From assembly GCA_963793265.1 (NCBI GenBank), contig CAWBZI010000006.1, forward strand, positions 896,001 through 960,000: 64,000 nucleotides of DNA. Reading direction: 5' to 3'. A program made the position numbers and the translations under genes. Origin of the DNA: an uncultured cyanobacterium. Its GTDB lineage: Bacteria > Cyanobacteriota > Cyanobacteriia > Phormidesmidales > Phormidesmidaceae. Each line of letters starts with the position of its first letter. Position 1 is the stretch's first letter. Below are positions 1 to 9,190 of this stretch, in pieces. Below the pieces are notes generated by a model. The model searched no databases. It had not been told where the DNA came from and saw only the letters and a program-made list of their open reading frames with translations.

Positions 1-1032
1 AATTTGAGTAAGTAGAGCCTCGCCGCCGAAGCGGACAACATCGGTGCAGGGTAAGCCGGTTTCTTGGGTGATAGCAGCGATCGCACCCATCGCCTCCCGC
101 TCATCCAATCCAAACGTATTCAAAGCAATCCCAGCAACCTTAACAGGCGCAAAGATACCGCCCGCCGTCGCCACCGACTCATACATTTTCACCACCTCAG
201 CAATCGGTGGAATCTTAAAGTCTGGGAAATGCTGAATATGTGAGAGGCCCGCCTTGTGAACCAGAATTAAATGCGTGGGCTGACTCCCTCTAATCAGCGG
301 CAGCGTTGCGGTAGAAGCTGGGTTGAGTAGAGAGCCCTGGCCTTCGACAAAAAGAATATCGTGATCGTCGCCGTGACGGAGTAAGGCTTGTTCGACCGCG
401 CCCGAAGCGTAGTCTACGCGGATAGCGTCCAGCGGAATGCCGTCTTCGCCCAGCATGAGGCCCGTTTGACCCGTGGCAATCAGTTTGGAGCGTAGACCTT
501 TGGCTTTAGCAGCGCGGTTGAGTTCTATAGCCGTAGACATTTTGCCAACGGCCATATCAGTGCCGACCATTAGTACGCGATCACACTTCAAAAGCCGCGC
601 TCTCCCACCCCCCACCGTCAGCCCATCAGGCTCTTTGCGCATATCCCACACCCACCGCCCCGGCTGAATACTACCGACCACATCAGGATCGTTATTCATC
701 TGAGTATGCAGCCCGTTCATCACCGAAAGCCCAGACTTCACAGCCTGCTTGACTTCTTCATACCAGGGCTCCGGGAGCTGCCCGCCAGAAGGGGCTAGGC
801 CAATTGCAAGCACCGTAGGACTATGAGAAAGGGCGGCTTCTACAGAAGAGACAATCGGAATATCGCGGTCAATGCCTATTAAGGACGCAATGGATTCGCC
901 TTGGGCGGTTTCGTCGATGACGGCGACGATTGGATTTTGGCTGTAGCGGAGGAGTGACGTGCCCGTTTTGCCTTTGGCTCCCTTCAGCCCACCGTGCATA
1001 AATATAACAATGCGATCTTCAGGCGTGAGCAT
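1..1032 (-). CDS. DUF1611 family P-loop protein (D-glutamate N-acetyltransferase-like), 3' end runs off the window
   Basis: Manual translation from ATG at 1032 gives MLTPEDRIVIFMHGGLKGAKGKTGTSLLRY...GTDMAVGKMST...ATGQTG...VEGQGS. It overlaps the epimerase stop, the usual epimerase-DUF1611 pairing. Not in the ORF track. Confidence 0.85.
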   Translation of the reverse strand, partial: MLTPEDRIVIFMHGGLKGAKGKTGTSLLRYSQNPIVAVIDETAQGESIASLIGIDRDIPIVSSVEAALSHSPTVLAIGLAPSGGQLPEPWYEEVKQAVKSGLSVMNGLHTQMNNDPDVVGSIQPGRWVWDMRKEPDGLTVGGGRARLLKCDRVLMVGTDMAVGKMSTAIELNRAAKAKGLRSKLIATGQTGLMLGEDGIPLDAIRVDYASGAVEQALLRHGDDHDILFVEGQGSLLNPASTATLPLIRGSQPTHLILVHKAGLSHIQHFPDFKIPPIAEVVKMYESVATAGGIFAPVKVAGIALNTFGLDEREAMGAIAAITQETGLPCTDVVRFGGEALLTQI

Positions 1033-2071
1033 GGCAAGAGAGTCCGAGTCCAGGTAGATTGTTGGGAATTAAAGCACCGTTTCGTAGGCTTGCGCCTTGG
1101 AAGGGATCGTCTTTGAGGTTGAAGTGGCTGTCGAGATCGAGGTGGTCAGCTAAAGGAGAGAGGTGGGAGAGGGCGGTGTTGGCGATCGCACTGTCCGAAT
1201 AGCAACCAAACATCACCTGTAGCCCGCAAGCTCTTGCCGTAGAAATCATTCGCCGCGCTTCACTCAGCCCGCCCGACTTCATCAGCTTAATATTGATGCC
1301 ATGAATGCAGTGCGCCAAACGCGGAATATCTGCGCCAGTAAAGCAGCTTTCATCAATGAAAATTGGCAAAGGTGATTTTGCATGCAGTTCAGGCAGCAAG
1401 CCGTCATCTGCGACAGATAAAGGCTGCTCTAAGTATGTTACGCCGCGCTCGGCTAGCCAATCAGCCATTGTCAGCGCATCCTGTAAATTCCAGCCCCCAT
1501 TTGCGTCAATGCTGACTTTAGCACCTGATGGAACATGAGCCAGCAGCGCCTCAAACATGGCCTGATCGGCAGCAATACCTGCCGGGCTACCCAGCTTTAT
1601 TTTCACCGAAGCGACCTGCTGCTGCTCGCACCATTTTTGCAGGCGATCCACCGCGCCTTCAGGCGAACTAATGCCCACTGTAACGGCGGTAGGGCTGATA
1701 CGCTCAAGATCTAGCCCCCAAAGCTGCCAAAGCGGAAGACCCGCATGTTTGCCCGTCCAATCGTGCAGCGCCACATCAATAGCGGCTCTAGCTGCTGAAC
1801 AAATAGAGGCGTCGGCTAGGAGGGATTCAAGGCACTGGTGCTGAAGTGGATGATAGGTAGCGATCGCAGGAATTACAGACTCTAAATCGCTTTTAATTCG
1901 TTCGGTTGTCTGAGGATTAGAGCCAATACAAAAAGGAGAAGCTTCGCCCCAGCCTTCGGTACCATCGGCTTCGATGCGAACCCATAAGTTCGTTGAGCCT
2001 GCGGTGGTACCTCGACTGATAGTAAGCGGTACGCGCTTGTGGACGGTGAAGGGCTCATATTGAATCTGCAT
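1019..2071 (-). CDS. Dipeptide (L-Ala-D/L-Glu) epimerase, enolase superfamily
   Basis: GWGEA, KIKLG, DANGGW, EQP, DES, INIKLMKSGG and DLD motifs. Confidence 0.9.
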   Translation of the reverse strand: MQIQYEPFTVHKRVPLTISRGTTAGSTNLWVRIEADGTEGWGEASPFCIGSNPQTTERIKSDLESVIPAIATYHPLQHQCLESLLADASICSAARAAIDVALHDWTGKHAGLPLWQLWGLDLERISPTAVTVGISSPEGAVDRLQKWCEQQQVASVKIKLGSPAGIAADQAMFEALLAHVPSGAKVSIDANGGWNLQDALTMADWLAERGVTYLEQPLSVADDGLLPELHAKSPLPIFIDESCFTGADIPRLAHCIHGINIKLMKSGGLSEARRMISTARACGLQVMFGCYSDSAIANTALSHLSPLADHLDLDSHFNLKDDPFQGASLRNGALIPNNLPGLGLSCHAHA

Positions 2072-2471
2072 TGAGCTGGTTGGCTACCTCTATCAGATTA
2101 CCGTCGGGGTCACGGATGTACACAGATAGGATAGGGCCAAGCGTACCTGTGCGCTGTACCGGCCCTTCAATAATCTGTACGTCTAAGCTTGTGAAGTGCT
2201 CTATGACAGCTTTTATCGGTGTAGATGTGATAAAGCATAGGTCACCTGAGCCCGGTTGAGGTGCTTTTGCAGCGGGTTGAAAGGGATGGGCCGCAGCGTG
2301 CAAATTTATCTTTTGCAGGCGATCGCCAATTTGCAAAGCATATCTTTCTCGTCCGTCAGATGAGTCGAATCGTATAACCTTGCAGCCTAGAACCGTTGAG
2401 TAAAACTTACAAGATTGATCAACACTAGATACCGTAAGCACTAGATGGTCTAAACGGTCAAGAGAAATCAT
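2055..2471 (-). CDS. VOC/glyoxalase family protein
   Basis: LDHLVLTV, KINLH, GSGDLCF, GPVQRTG, YIRDPDGNLIE motifs; overlaps the epimerase start. Confidence 0.88.
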   Translation of the reverse strand: MISLDRLDHLVLTVSSVDQSCKFYSTVLGCKVIRFDSSDGRERYALQIGDRLQKINLHAAAHPFQPAAKAPQPGSGDLCFITSTPIKAVIEHFTSLDVQIIEGPVQRTGTLGPILSVYIRDPDGNLIEVANQLNADSI

Positions 2472-2578
2472 GACTGATGCGTCTTAGCAACGGTGCGAGG
2501 CTTCTTTCAGGCATCTCTTATACTAAGGTGAGCGATCGCTATTCTCTAAACGTAACTTCTTGCAAAGGAGTTATCTGC

Positions 2579-2905
2579 ATGACACTTCAGCAAATTCAGT
2601 CTCAGCTTTTGGCTTTGTCTCCTGATGAGAAGACACAGGCGATTCAAATATTATCAGCCAGTCTTGACGGCAGTTGGCCGGGCATACAAAAGACGCCTGG
2701 CGTGATGGGCGGCGATGCTTGTATTCGTCAGACGCGCATTCCTGTGTGGCTACTGGTTAGCCTTCGTCAGCAGGGTGCAACTGAGACTTACCTGCTAGAA
2801 GACTATCCTGATTTAACGGCTGCTGATTTAACAAACGCCTGGCTCTACGCTGAGAATAATGCTGAAGAAGTCAATGCTGCGCTTCGACGGCAAGATGCAG
2901 CATAG
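2579..2905 (+). CDS. DUF433 family antitoxin-like protein
   Basis: TPGVMGGDACIRQTRIPVW...DYPDL motif; ATG 2579 is preceded by an AAGGAG Shine-Dalgarno. Confidence 0.85.
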   Translation: MTLQQIQSQLLALSPDEKTQAIQILSASLDGSWPGIQKTPGVMGGDACIRQTRIPVWLLVSLRQQGATETYLLEDYPDLTAADLTNAWLYAENNAEEVNAALRRQDAA

Positions 2906-2907
2906 GG

Positions 2908-3249
2908 GTGGCTCAAATATATGCAGATGAAGGATTTCCTCGTAAGGTAAGCGAAGCACTTATAGGGTTCGGTCACGATGTATTAACCGTTCAGGATGCA
3001 GGACAAGCAAGCCAGCGTACTCCTGACGACCAAGTTCTAGCCTACGCAACAGACAGACGCCGTGCAGTGCTGACGGTGAATCGAGCTGATTTTATTAAGC
3101 TGCACAAACAGAACTCAAACCATGCTGGAATCATCGTCTGTAGCGAAGATCTCGATCGTCAAAGGTTAGCTCGAAGGATCCACGCTGCGATTAGTCAGGA
3201 GGGCGACCTTGAAGGGATGCTGATTCGAGTTAATCGTCCGCCTGCGTAG
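2908..3249 (+). CDS. DUF5615 family PIN-like toxin
   Basis: YADEGF, GHDVLTV, PDDQVL, LTVNRADF, HAGII motifs; lies directly after DUF433. Confidence 0.85.
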   Translation: MAQIYADEGFPRKVSEALIGFGHDVLTVQDAGQASQRTPDDQVLAYATDRRRAVLTVNRADFIKLHKQNSNHAGIIVCSEDLDRQRLARRIHAAISQEGDLEGMLIRVNRPPA

Positions 3250-3275
3250 ATACAGATTGCTCAGTCAAGCAACGC

Positions 3276-4511
3276 TTACTGAAGCTGAGTTTTGGAGACA
3301 ATGCGGGTCTTTTTGCGATCGCTCTCCGAAAGCTCATTCCCCGACTGCAATACCGTCACATTCTCCTGTAGCACTGTCGCCGCATTTTTATCACCCATCT
3401 GGATTGCGGTATTCGCTGCCGACTGAAGCATGGTGACGGCTCCTTTGCGATCGCCCGCCTTCAGCTTCTCCTCAGCAATCTGCGTCTGCCGGTACTTTGC
3501 CAGCGCCAAAATATCCTGCTGCACTTTGGCATCTACCTTTGGCACATAGGCATCTTGGGCCTCTATTTCAATCGGAAAGATTTCGGTGCGCTGAGACATC
3601 AGCCCGATAGCAGGCGCGTCGTAAGTCACGCTGAGCTTGGCAATGGTTGCTGTACTAGCAGCAAGCTGAGGAACGTATAGGTTGAGCAAAACGACGCGGG
3701 ACTGATCTTTCATCAAGTCGCCAATGCGTACGATGGCCTCGTTGCCTTCTTGAACGGTGGGCAGCTCAACGGTTTCAGGAGCAACTTGGGCGACGGGCTT
3801 TAGGTCGGCTAAGCGGGTGCCGTCTGCAAGTTCGATGTTGAGGTAGGCGTTGGTAAGGCTAACAGATTGGATGCGGGTGAATAGGCGACCGAAGATGGCG
3901 ATCGCTTCCTCTGCGTGCTCAATATAGTTAAGCGATCCGCCGCCTGCATCAGAAATTTGCTCTAAAACATCCTGGTTCCAATGATCGCCAAAGCCCAGCG
4001 TGCTCACTGTGAGGTTGTAGCCGACTGCGACATCGGCAAGCTTGATAGCTCTAGCGTTATCACCATGTTCGTTTTCGCCGTCCGTTAAAAGCAATAGCTG
4101 CGAAACGCGGTCGTCTTTACCGGAAGCGAGCTGCGAAATGCCTGCTTTTAAGCCATCGTCAATGCAGGTACCGCCACCCGCTCTGAGGCTGTCAATTTTG
4201 CGCTTGATGGCGTCAAGATCGGTTGCAGGCTGATTTTCGATTAGGACTTTAGCTTTGTGATCGAAGGTGACGATAGAGATGCGATCGCGCTCCGTCAGCC
4301 GGTCAATCAATCGGTGGGTCGCAGCTTTCACCGTCTTCAGCGGCACGCCGCCCATAGAACCGCTACAGTCGAGCACAAAGCAAATATTCAAAGGCGCTTG
4401 CGAACCTTCACCACCCGCAGAGAGCGACACCGAGAGCTGACGCTGATTGTTTTCCTGCTGGGTAGGGATATGGGCATCGCTCAAGGCCCACTGCAAATCT
4501 ACATTCATCAC
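3276..4511 (-). CDS. von Willebrand factor A domain protein
   Basis: MIDAS DCSGS, GGGT, LLLTDGENEHG. Confidence 0.88.
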   Translation of the reverse strand: MMNVDLQWALSDAHIPTQQENNQRQLSVSLSAGGEGSQAPLNICFVLDCSGSMGGVPLKTVKAATHRLIDRLTERDRISIVTFDHKAKVLIENQPATDLDAIKRKIDSLRAGGGTCIDDGLKAGISQLASGKDDRVSQLLLLTDGENEHGDNARAIKLADVAVGYNLTVSTLGFGDHWNQDVLEQISDAGGGSLNYIEHAEEAIAIFGRLFTRIQSVSLTNAYLNIELADGTRLADLKPVAQVAPETVELPTVQEGNEAIVRIGDLMKDQSRVVLLNLYVPQLAASTATIAKLSVTYDAPAIGLMSQRTEIFPIEIEAQDAYVPKVDAKVQQDILALAKYRQTQIAEEKLKAGDRKGAVTMLQSAANTAIQMGDKNAATVLQENVTVLQSGNELSESDRKKTRIVSKTQLQ

Positions 4512-4799
4512 TCGGCATCGCTCCTAACGTTCAACAAAAATGATAGACACTTTCTCTAACCATCAAACTGCCCCTAGCGTACATATCATCAACACAGCAA
4601 GCGCTCATTCCGCTCAGAAACACAGGAGTTAATAGTGAGTAGTAGCCAAATTCTGCCACAGCAGCGCCGCCGGTATCTTTAGACATCCTTAGAGGTGAGG
4701 TTAACCGTCAAAAACCGACCCAAAACCGCCAATCTATGACGGCGCAGCAAGTTCACTAGCGAGCTACTATGGAAAACATATTATTGAACTAAGCGCCTT

Positions 4800-5492
4800 A
4801 TGAGTTCTCCCATTAAAGCAATGCAGGCCCCCTACGGCGGAGGCAGCATGGCTTACAAAACACCCCCACCAGACTTGCCTTCTTTGCTATTAAAAGAGCG
4901 CATTGTGTATCTGGGCACGCCCCTGGTTTCTTCTGACGACTTCAAGCGCCAGATGGGCATGGATGTTACAAAGCTCATCATCGCTCAACTGCTCTATTTG
5001 GAGTTTGACGATCCCGACAAGCCGATCTTTTTCTATATCAATTCGACCGGAACGTCCTGGTACACAGGCGATTCAGTCGGGTTTGAAACCGAAGCTTTTG
5101 CTATTTGCGACACGCTCAAATACATCAAGCCCCCGGTTCATACGATTTGCTTAGGGCAGGCGATGGGAACGGCGGCGATGATCTTATCTTCGGGTGCTAA
5201 GGGCTCGCGGGCTAGCTTGCCTCATGCCACTATCGTGCTTAATCAGGCTCGCTCAGGGGCGAGAGGTCAGGCAACTGATATTCAAATTCGTGCTGAAGAA
5301 GTGCTCTCGAACAAGTCTTCTTTCTTAGATATTTTGTCGAGTAATACAGGACAGAGTGCTGAAAAGCTTGATAAAGACACCGATCGGATGTTTTATCTGA
5401 CGCCAGAAGAGGCTAAGGAATACGGCCTGATTGACCGGGTACTGAGCAGCACCAAAGAGCTGCCAACGCCCATGCCTGTTGGGGTGATGTAG
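4800..5492 (+). CDS. clpR: Non-catalytic Clp protease subunit ClpR
   Basis: TPPPDLPSLLLKERIVYLG, YINSTGTSW insertion; catalytic Ser and His are replaced (AMGTA, LNQ). Confidence 0.9.
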   Translation: MSSPIKAMQAPYGGGSMAYKTPPPDLPSLLLKERIVYLGTPLVSSDDFKRQMGMDVTKLIIAQLLYLEFDDPDKPIFFYINSTGTSWYTGDSVGFETEAFAICDTLKYIKPPVHTICLGQAMGTAAMILSSGAKGSRASLPHATIVLNQARSGARGQATDIQIRAEEVLSNKSSFLDILSSNTGQSAEKLDKDTDRMFYLTPEEAKEYGLIDRVLSSTKELPTPMPVGVM

Positions 5493-6173
5493 ATGTCTGT
5501 TGATGGAATTTTGCGCGTTCCGTATAACTTGCCCGGTAGCCGTTCTTGGCAGTGGGTGAGCGTATACACACGCATGAGCCAGGAGCGCATTCTTTTTATT
5601 AATCAGCCGCTCTCAGACGGCGTGGCTAATTCGATTGTCTCGGCGCTGCTGTATCTTGACTCGGAAGATCAAAACAAGCCGATTTATATCTATATAAACT
5701 CGGTGGGTGACCCGGTAATGACGGGTCAGGCAGATGCTTCAGCCGGAATGGTTTCGATTCGAGCGGGCCTAGCGGTGTATGACACGCTTGCCTACATTAA
5801 GTCAGAAGTGGTGACGGTTTGTATGGGTACGGCTTACGGCATGGCGGCTGTTTTGCTCTCATCGGGTACGAAGGGCAAGCGGGCTGCGCTACCACATACC
5901 AGTATTGCGCTCACGCATCCGCAGACGCTTACGCGCGGGCAGGCCACTGATATTCAGCTTGAGGCTGAGCAGGTGTTAGAAAAGCGAAAGCTGATTCAGC
6001 AGATTTTGGCGAACAACACGGGCCAAACGCCTGAGAAGGTTTCTGAAGATATGGAACGGATGTTTTATCTGACGCCTGAAGAAGCCAAGGAATATGGCCT
6101 GATTGACCGGGTGATTGAGAGCCCAGCAGCGGCTAAAGATATTGAGAGCCCAGCAGCGGCTAAAGATAATTAG
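5493..6173 (+). CDS. Second non-catalytic ClpP/ClpR-like subunit
   Basis: ClpP fold (ERILF, LLYLDSED, YINS, GQATDI, EYGLID) but has AYGMA instead of AASMG and lacks HQP. Confidence 0.85.
   Translation: MSVDGILRVPYNLPGSRSWQWVSVYTRMSQERILFINQPLSDGVANSIVSALLYLDSEDQNKPIYIYINSVGDPVMTGQADASAGMVSIRAGLAVYDTLAYIKSEVVTVCMGTAYGMAAVLLSSGTKGKRAALPHTSIALTHPQTLTRGQATDIQLEAEQVLEKRKLIQQILANNTGQTPEKVSEDMERMFYLTPEEAKEYGLIDRVIESPAAAKDIESPAAAKDN
6114..6167 (+). repeat. Perfect 27-bp tandem duplication (IESPAAAKD x2) at the C-terminus
   Basis: ATTGAGAGCCCAGCAGCGGCTAAAGAT occurs twice in tandem. Confidence 0.95.
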
Positions 6174-6215
6174 ATTGATCGATTGATTGACCCCTTTACC
6201 TAACGTGCAAGACTT

Positions 6216-6818
6216 ATGCCTATTGGAACTCCTAGCGTCCCTTATCGTTTGCCGGGCGGCACTTACGAGCAGTGGATCGGTATTTATGAGCGACTGTTTC
6301 GCGAACGCATTATCTTTTTGACCGAAGAGGTTGATGATGGCATTGCGAATGCAATTGTGGCCTACATGCTCTATCTCGATTCGGAAGATAATACGAAGCC
6401 AATTTATCTGTATATCAACTCGCCGGGTGGCTCGGTCACTGCGGGCATGGCGATTTATGACACCATGCAGTACATCAAGTCGGAAGTGGTGACGATTTGT
6501 GTGGGCCTAGCAGCGAGTATGGGCGCATTTTTGCTGAATGCGGGCGCAAAAGGTAAGCGGTTGGCGCTGCCGCATTCGCGCATTATGATTCACCAGCCTT
6601 CGGGTGGGGTGGGCCGGTCGCAGGCGACGGATATTGAGATTGAGGCGGCGCGGATTGTGCAGGTTCGTAAGAGCTTGAATGAGCTGATGGCAGATCATTC
6701 GGGGCAGACGATTGAGAAGATTGAGAAGGATAGCGATCGCGACTTTTTCATGTCCGCAGCAGAAGCCAAAGAATATGGTCTAATTGATCGGGTCATTGAA
6801 GAGCGCCTTCCTTCTTAG
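6216..6818 (+). CDS. clpP3: ATP-dependent Clp protease proteolytic subunit (ClpP3 type)
   Basis: MPIG..VPYRLPG N-terminus; intact triad AASMG / IHQP / DRD. Confidence 0.92.
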   Translation: MPIGTPSVPYRLPGGTYEQWIGIYERLFRERIIFLTEEVDDGIANAIVAYMLYLDSEDNTKPIYLYINSPGGSVTAGMAIYDTMQYIKSEVVTICVGLAASMGAFLLNAGAKGKRLALPHSRIMIHQPSGGVGRSQATDIEIEAARIVQVRKSLNELMADHSGQTIEKIEKDSDRDFFMSAAEAKEYGLIDRVIEERLPS

Positions 6819-6840
6819 CTCCCTAGCCAAAACAGACCTC

Positions 6841-7617
6841 ATGAGCTTAGCCCAGCACTATCGAACGTTAGGTTTGCGCCGAGGAGCTTCATCTCGCGAG
6901 GTGAAAAGCGCCTATCGAACGCTGGTGCGGCAATATCATCCTGATATCAATCCTGATGAGGCGGCGGTTGAGCAGTTTATCAAAATCAATGATGCCTATA
7001 CGGCCCTTTCTGAGAACGCGCAGCGTAGGGAGAGGGCCGCTGAAGCACGTGGGCAGCAGGCTGCGTCGAATGACGGCTTTAGCTTAGAAAATCTGAAGCA
7101 GACCCTAGAAAAACTGGGCATTAGCCCGCTAGACGACGAGTCCGTTGCCGCCGAGTCTGCTGAAAAGAGGCAAAGCGCTGTACCCGCTGACTATCGAACT
7201 GACTATCAAGCTGGGCTTCAGTCTGAAATGCCACCGGCTCCTTCTGCTGAGGCGGCGGTCGGGAAGCAGGTTGCTGAGCCGCTTTCTGATCAGGAAGAGA
7301 GTTTGAAGCAGGAGGCTTACCGGCAGCTTAAGGAGCTGTTGAGGCATCAGAAATTTCCTCGGGCGATCGCACTGGTAGAAGGCTTGGCCCACCGAATGCC
7401 AGCCGACATAGAAATCAACCAGTGGCAGGCCATTGTTTATCAGCGTTGGGGACGGCAGCTCATTCAAATGGGACAGCCGCAAAAGGCGCGAATTTATCTC
7501 AAAAAAGCACTGCGAACCGATCCGAATAATCAGTCTTTGTGGCGCGAGATCAATAGAGACTTTTGGCAGCTAGCTAGTTTCGGTAGGGCTGACGATTTGG
7601 AATCCGAAGGGCTTTAA
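6841..7617 (+). CDS. J-domain (DnaJ-like) protein with C-terminal TPR
   Basis: HYRTLGL...YHPDIN J-domain; ARIYLKKALRTDP TPR-like segment. Confidence 0.85.
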   Translation: MSLAQHYRTLGLRRGASSREVKSAYRTLVRQYHPDINPDEAAVEQFIKINDAYTALSENAQRRERAAEARGQQAASNDGFSLENLKQTLEKLGISPLDDESVAAESAEKRQSAVPADYRTDYQAGLQSEMPPAPSAEAAVGKQVAEPLSDQEESLKQEAYRQLKELLRHQKFPRAIALVEGLAHRMPADIEINQWQAIVYQRWGRQLIQMGQPQKARIYLKKALRTDPNNQSLWREINRDFWQLASFGRADDLESEGL

Positions 7618-7630
7618 TCCCCCGTCAGCT

Positions 7631-8014
7631 CTAGACTCGGCTGTTGTCAAAGCTGCGGCAAAAGTCTTGAACGTCAGCCTTGAATACGTAGATAGCAACG
7701 ATCGGGGCCATCAGCGCGGGGCAGTCGGTTTCTTGCGTAAGGTAGTCGATTAGCGTGTTGGGCTGACCGGCGGTGATCGCTTCTCTAAACTGTGCCTGGC
7801 AAACAATGTGCCGATAGCGTTTGCTAAAGCCCGCTAGCCACTGCTCGTTAGAGTCAGGTTCCTGATCAGATCTCAGGGCAAGCGAAATGGCCGCGTCTTC
7901 TAAATCGCCGTCGCAGTCGTCAATTTCTTGGAGGGCGTCTATCGCTTTGGGATAGTCGGCTAGGCGAGTTCTAAGCTGAGCGATTTCTTCAGGCGTGAGC
8001 GCAATCATTGGCAT
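7631..8014 (-). CDS. Conserved hypothetical protein
   Basis: Clean ORF; LTPEEI...DCDGDLEDAA pattern seen in cyanobacterial hypotheticals. Confidence 0.7.
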   Translation of the reverse strand: MPMIALTPEEIAQLRTRLADYPKAIDALQEIDDCDGDLEDAAISLALRSDQEPDSNEQWLAGFSKRYRHIVCQAQFREAITAGQPNTLIDYLTQETDCPALMAPIVAIYVFKADVQDFCRSFDNSRV

Positions 8015-8038
8015 TCAAGAGCATTAGATTTTATCTAT

Positions 8039-9157
8039 CTAGCCGATTATCCTACCGGAAATAATTTGATAAAACCACTGCTCGAAGCGCTCACCCCAGG
8101 CCGGAAGGGAATATAAGGTTTCGGCCTGATGGCGACATGCTCGGCGGTCAATCAAATTAGTTCTAGCGATCGCCGCTACCAGTCCCTCTACACTCTGCGG
8201 CTCTACCAGCCATCCCGTTTCACCCGAGCGCACAATCTCTGCTGGCCCGCCCTGCCAGTAGGCAATCACCGGCACCCCACAGGCTAGAGCCTCAATCGCC
8301 ACTATGCCAAAAGCTTCTATCCAGTGTGGCGTCATCAGTAAAGCCTCAGCGCGGCCTAGCGACTGTTGCAGTTGAGCAGTGGGTAGAAAGCCGCAATATT
8401 CAATGGGTTCAGGCGACTGAGCAAATTGCTGTTGAATGCGCTGCCAGTATGTGGCGTCTTCTATTTTTCCAAATATTTTGAGCGATCGCCCAGCCATTAT
8501 TGCCGCATCAACAGCACCCTCTAGACCTTTCTCAGGTGAGATGCGACCAACCCAGGCTAGATAGTTTTCAGGGTGATCGCAATAGTCATACTGAGCAATA
8601 TCTATTGCACTACCTAAAATCTGCCAGCGCTCAGCAGGCGTTTTGGTAAAGGTATCGACCTGAGTGCGGGTGTAGGCTCCTAGCGTACCGGGAACCTGAG
8701 TAGATATTTGGGATATTGCATTGTCTAAATGCTCGCTCAAAGACCCCATGCTGACAAAGTGAGCAATCGGCGTCGCAAAAAACGGTGTGAGGTAAAACGG
8801 TAGCCAGTCGTAGGAAAAGTTCACCAGCAGGTCGTATTGCGATTGTGATCGCCGCGCATAGTCCCAAATATTGGCCAGCGCCGTAGAAACAACTGTTGGG
8901 GCCGAGCGATCCTGCGTCTGTGCGGTGAGTTGCCAGTCGCCAGGGATTTGAACAATTTTTGTAGCAGCCTTTGCCCAATCTGAATCAGACAGCGTTGAGG
9001 CAGGCAAACTTGAACCGGCAGGCGCGGCAATCGCAACCTGATGGCCTCGCGCAGTAAGCACCCTTGCTAAGTTAGCCACCGTTAGCTCAACGCCGCCACC
9101 TAACCCAGAGCCTAACGGCCCTACAGGCGTCGAAAGCAGTAATAGTCGCAAAGCCAT
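8039..9157 (-). CDS. Glycosyltransferase family 4
   Basis: GSGLGGGVE, GRISPEKG, EAFGIVAIEALACGVPVI. Confidence 0.9.
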   Translation of the reverse strand: MALRLLLLSTPVGPLGSGLGGGVELTVANLARVLTARGHQVAIAAPAGSSLPASTLSDSDWAKAATKIVQIPGDWQLTAQTQDRSAPTVVSTALANIWDYARRSQSQYDLLVNFSYDWLPFYLTPFFATPIAHFVSMGSLSEHLDNAISQISTQVPGTLGAYTRTQVDTFTKTPAERWQILGSAIDIAQYDYCDHPENYLAWVGRISPEKGLEGAVDAAIMAGRSLKIFGKIEDATYWQRIQQQFAQSPEPIEYCGFLPTAQLQQSLGRAEALLMTPHWIEAFGIVAIEALACGVPVIAYWQGGPAEIVRSGETGWLVEPQSVEGLVAAIARTNLIDRRACRHQAETLYSLPAWGERFEQWFYQIISGRIIG

Positions 9158-9190
9158 CTCTGTAACTGACGATTAACTTTCTACCGTCAG

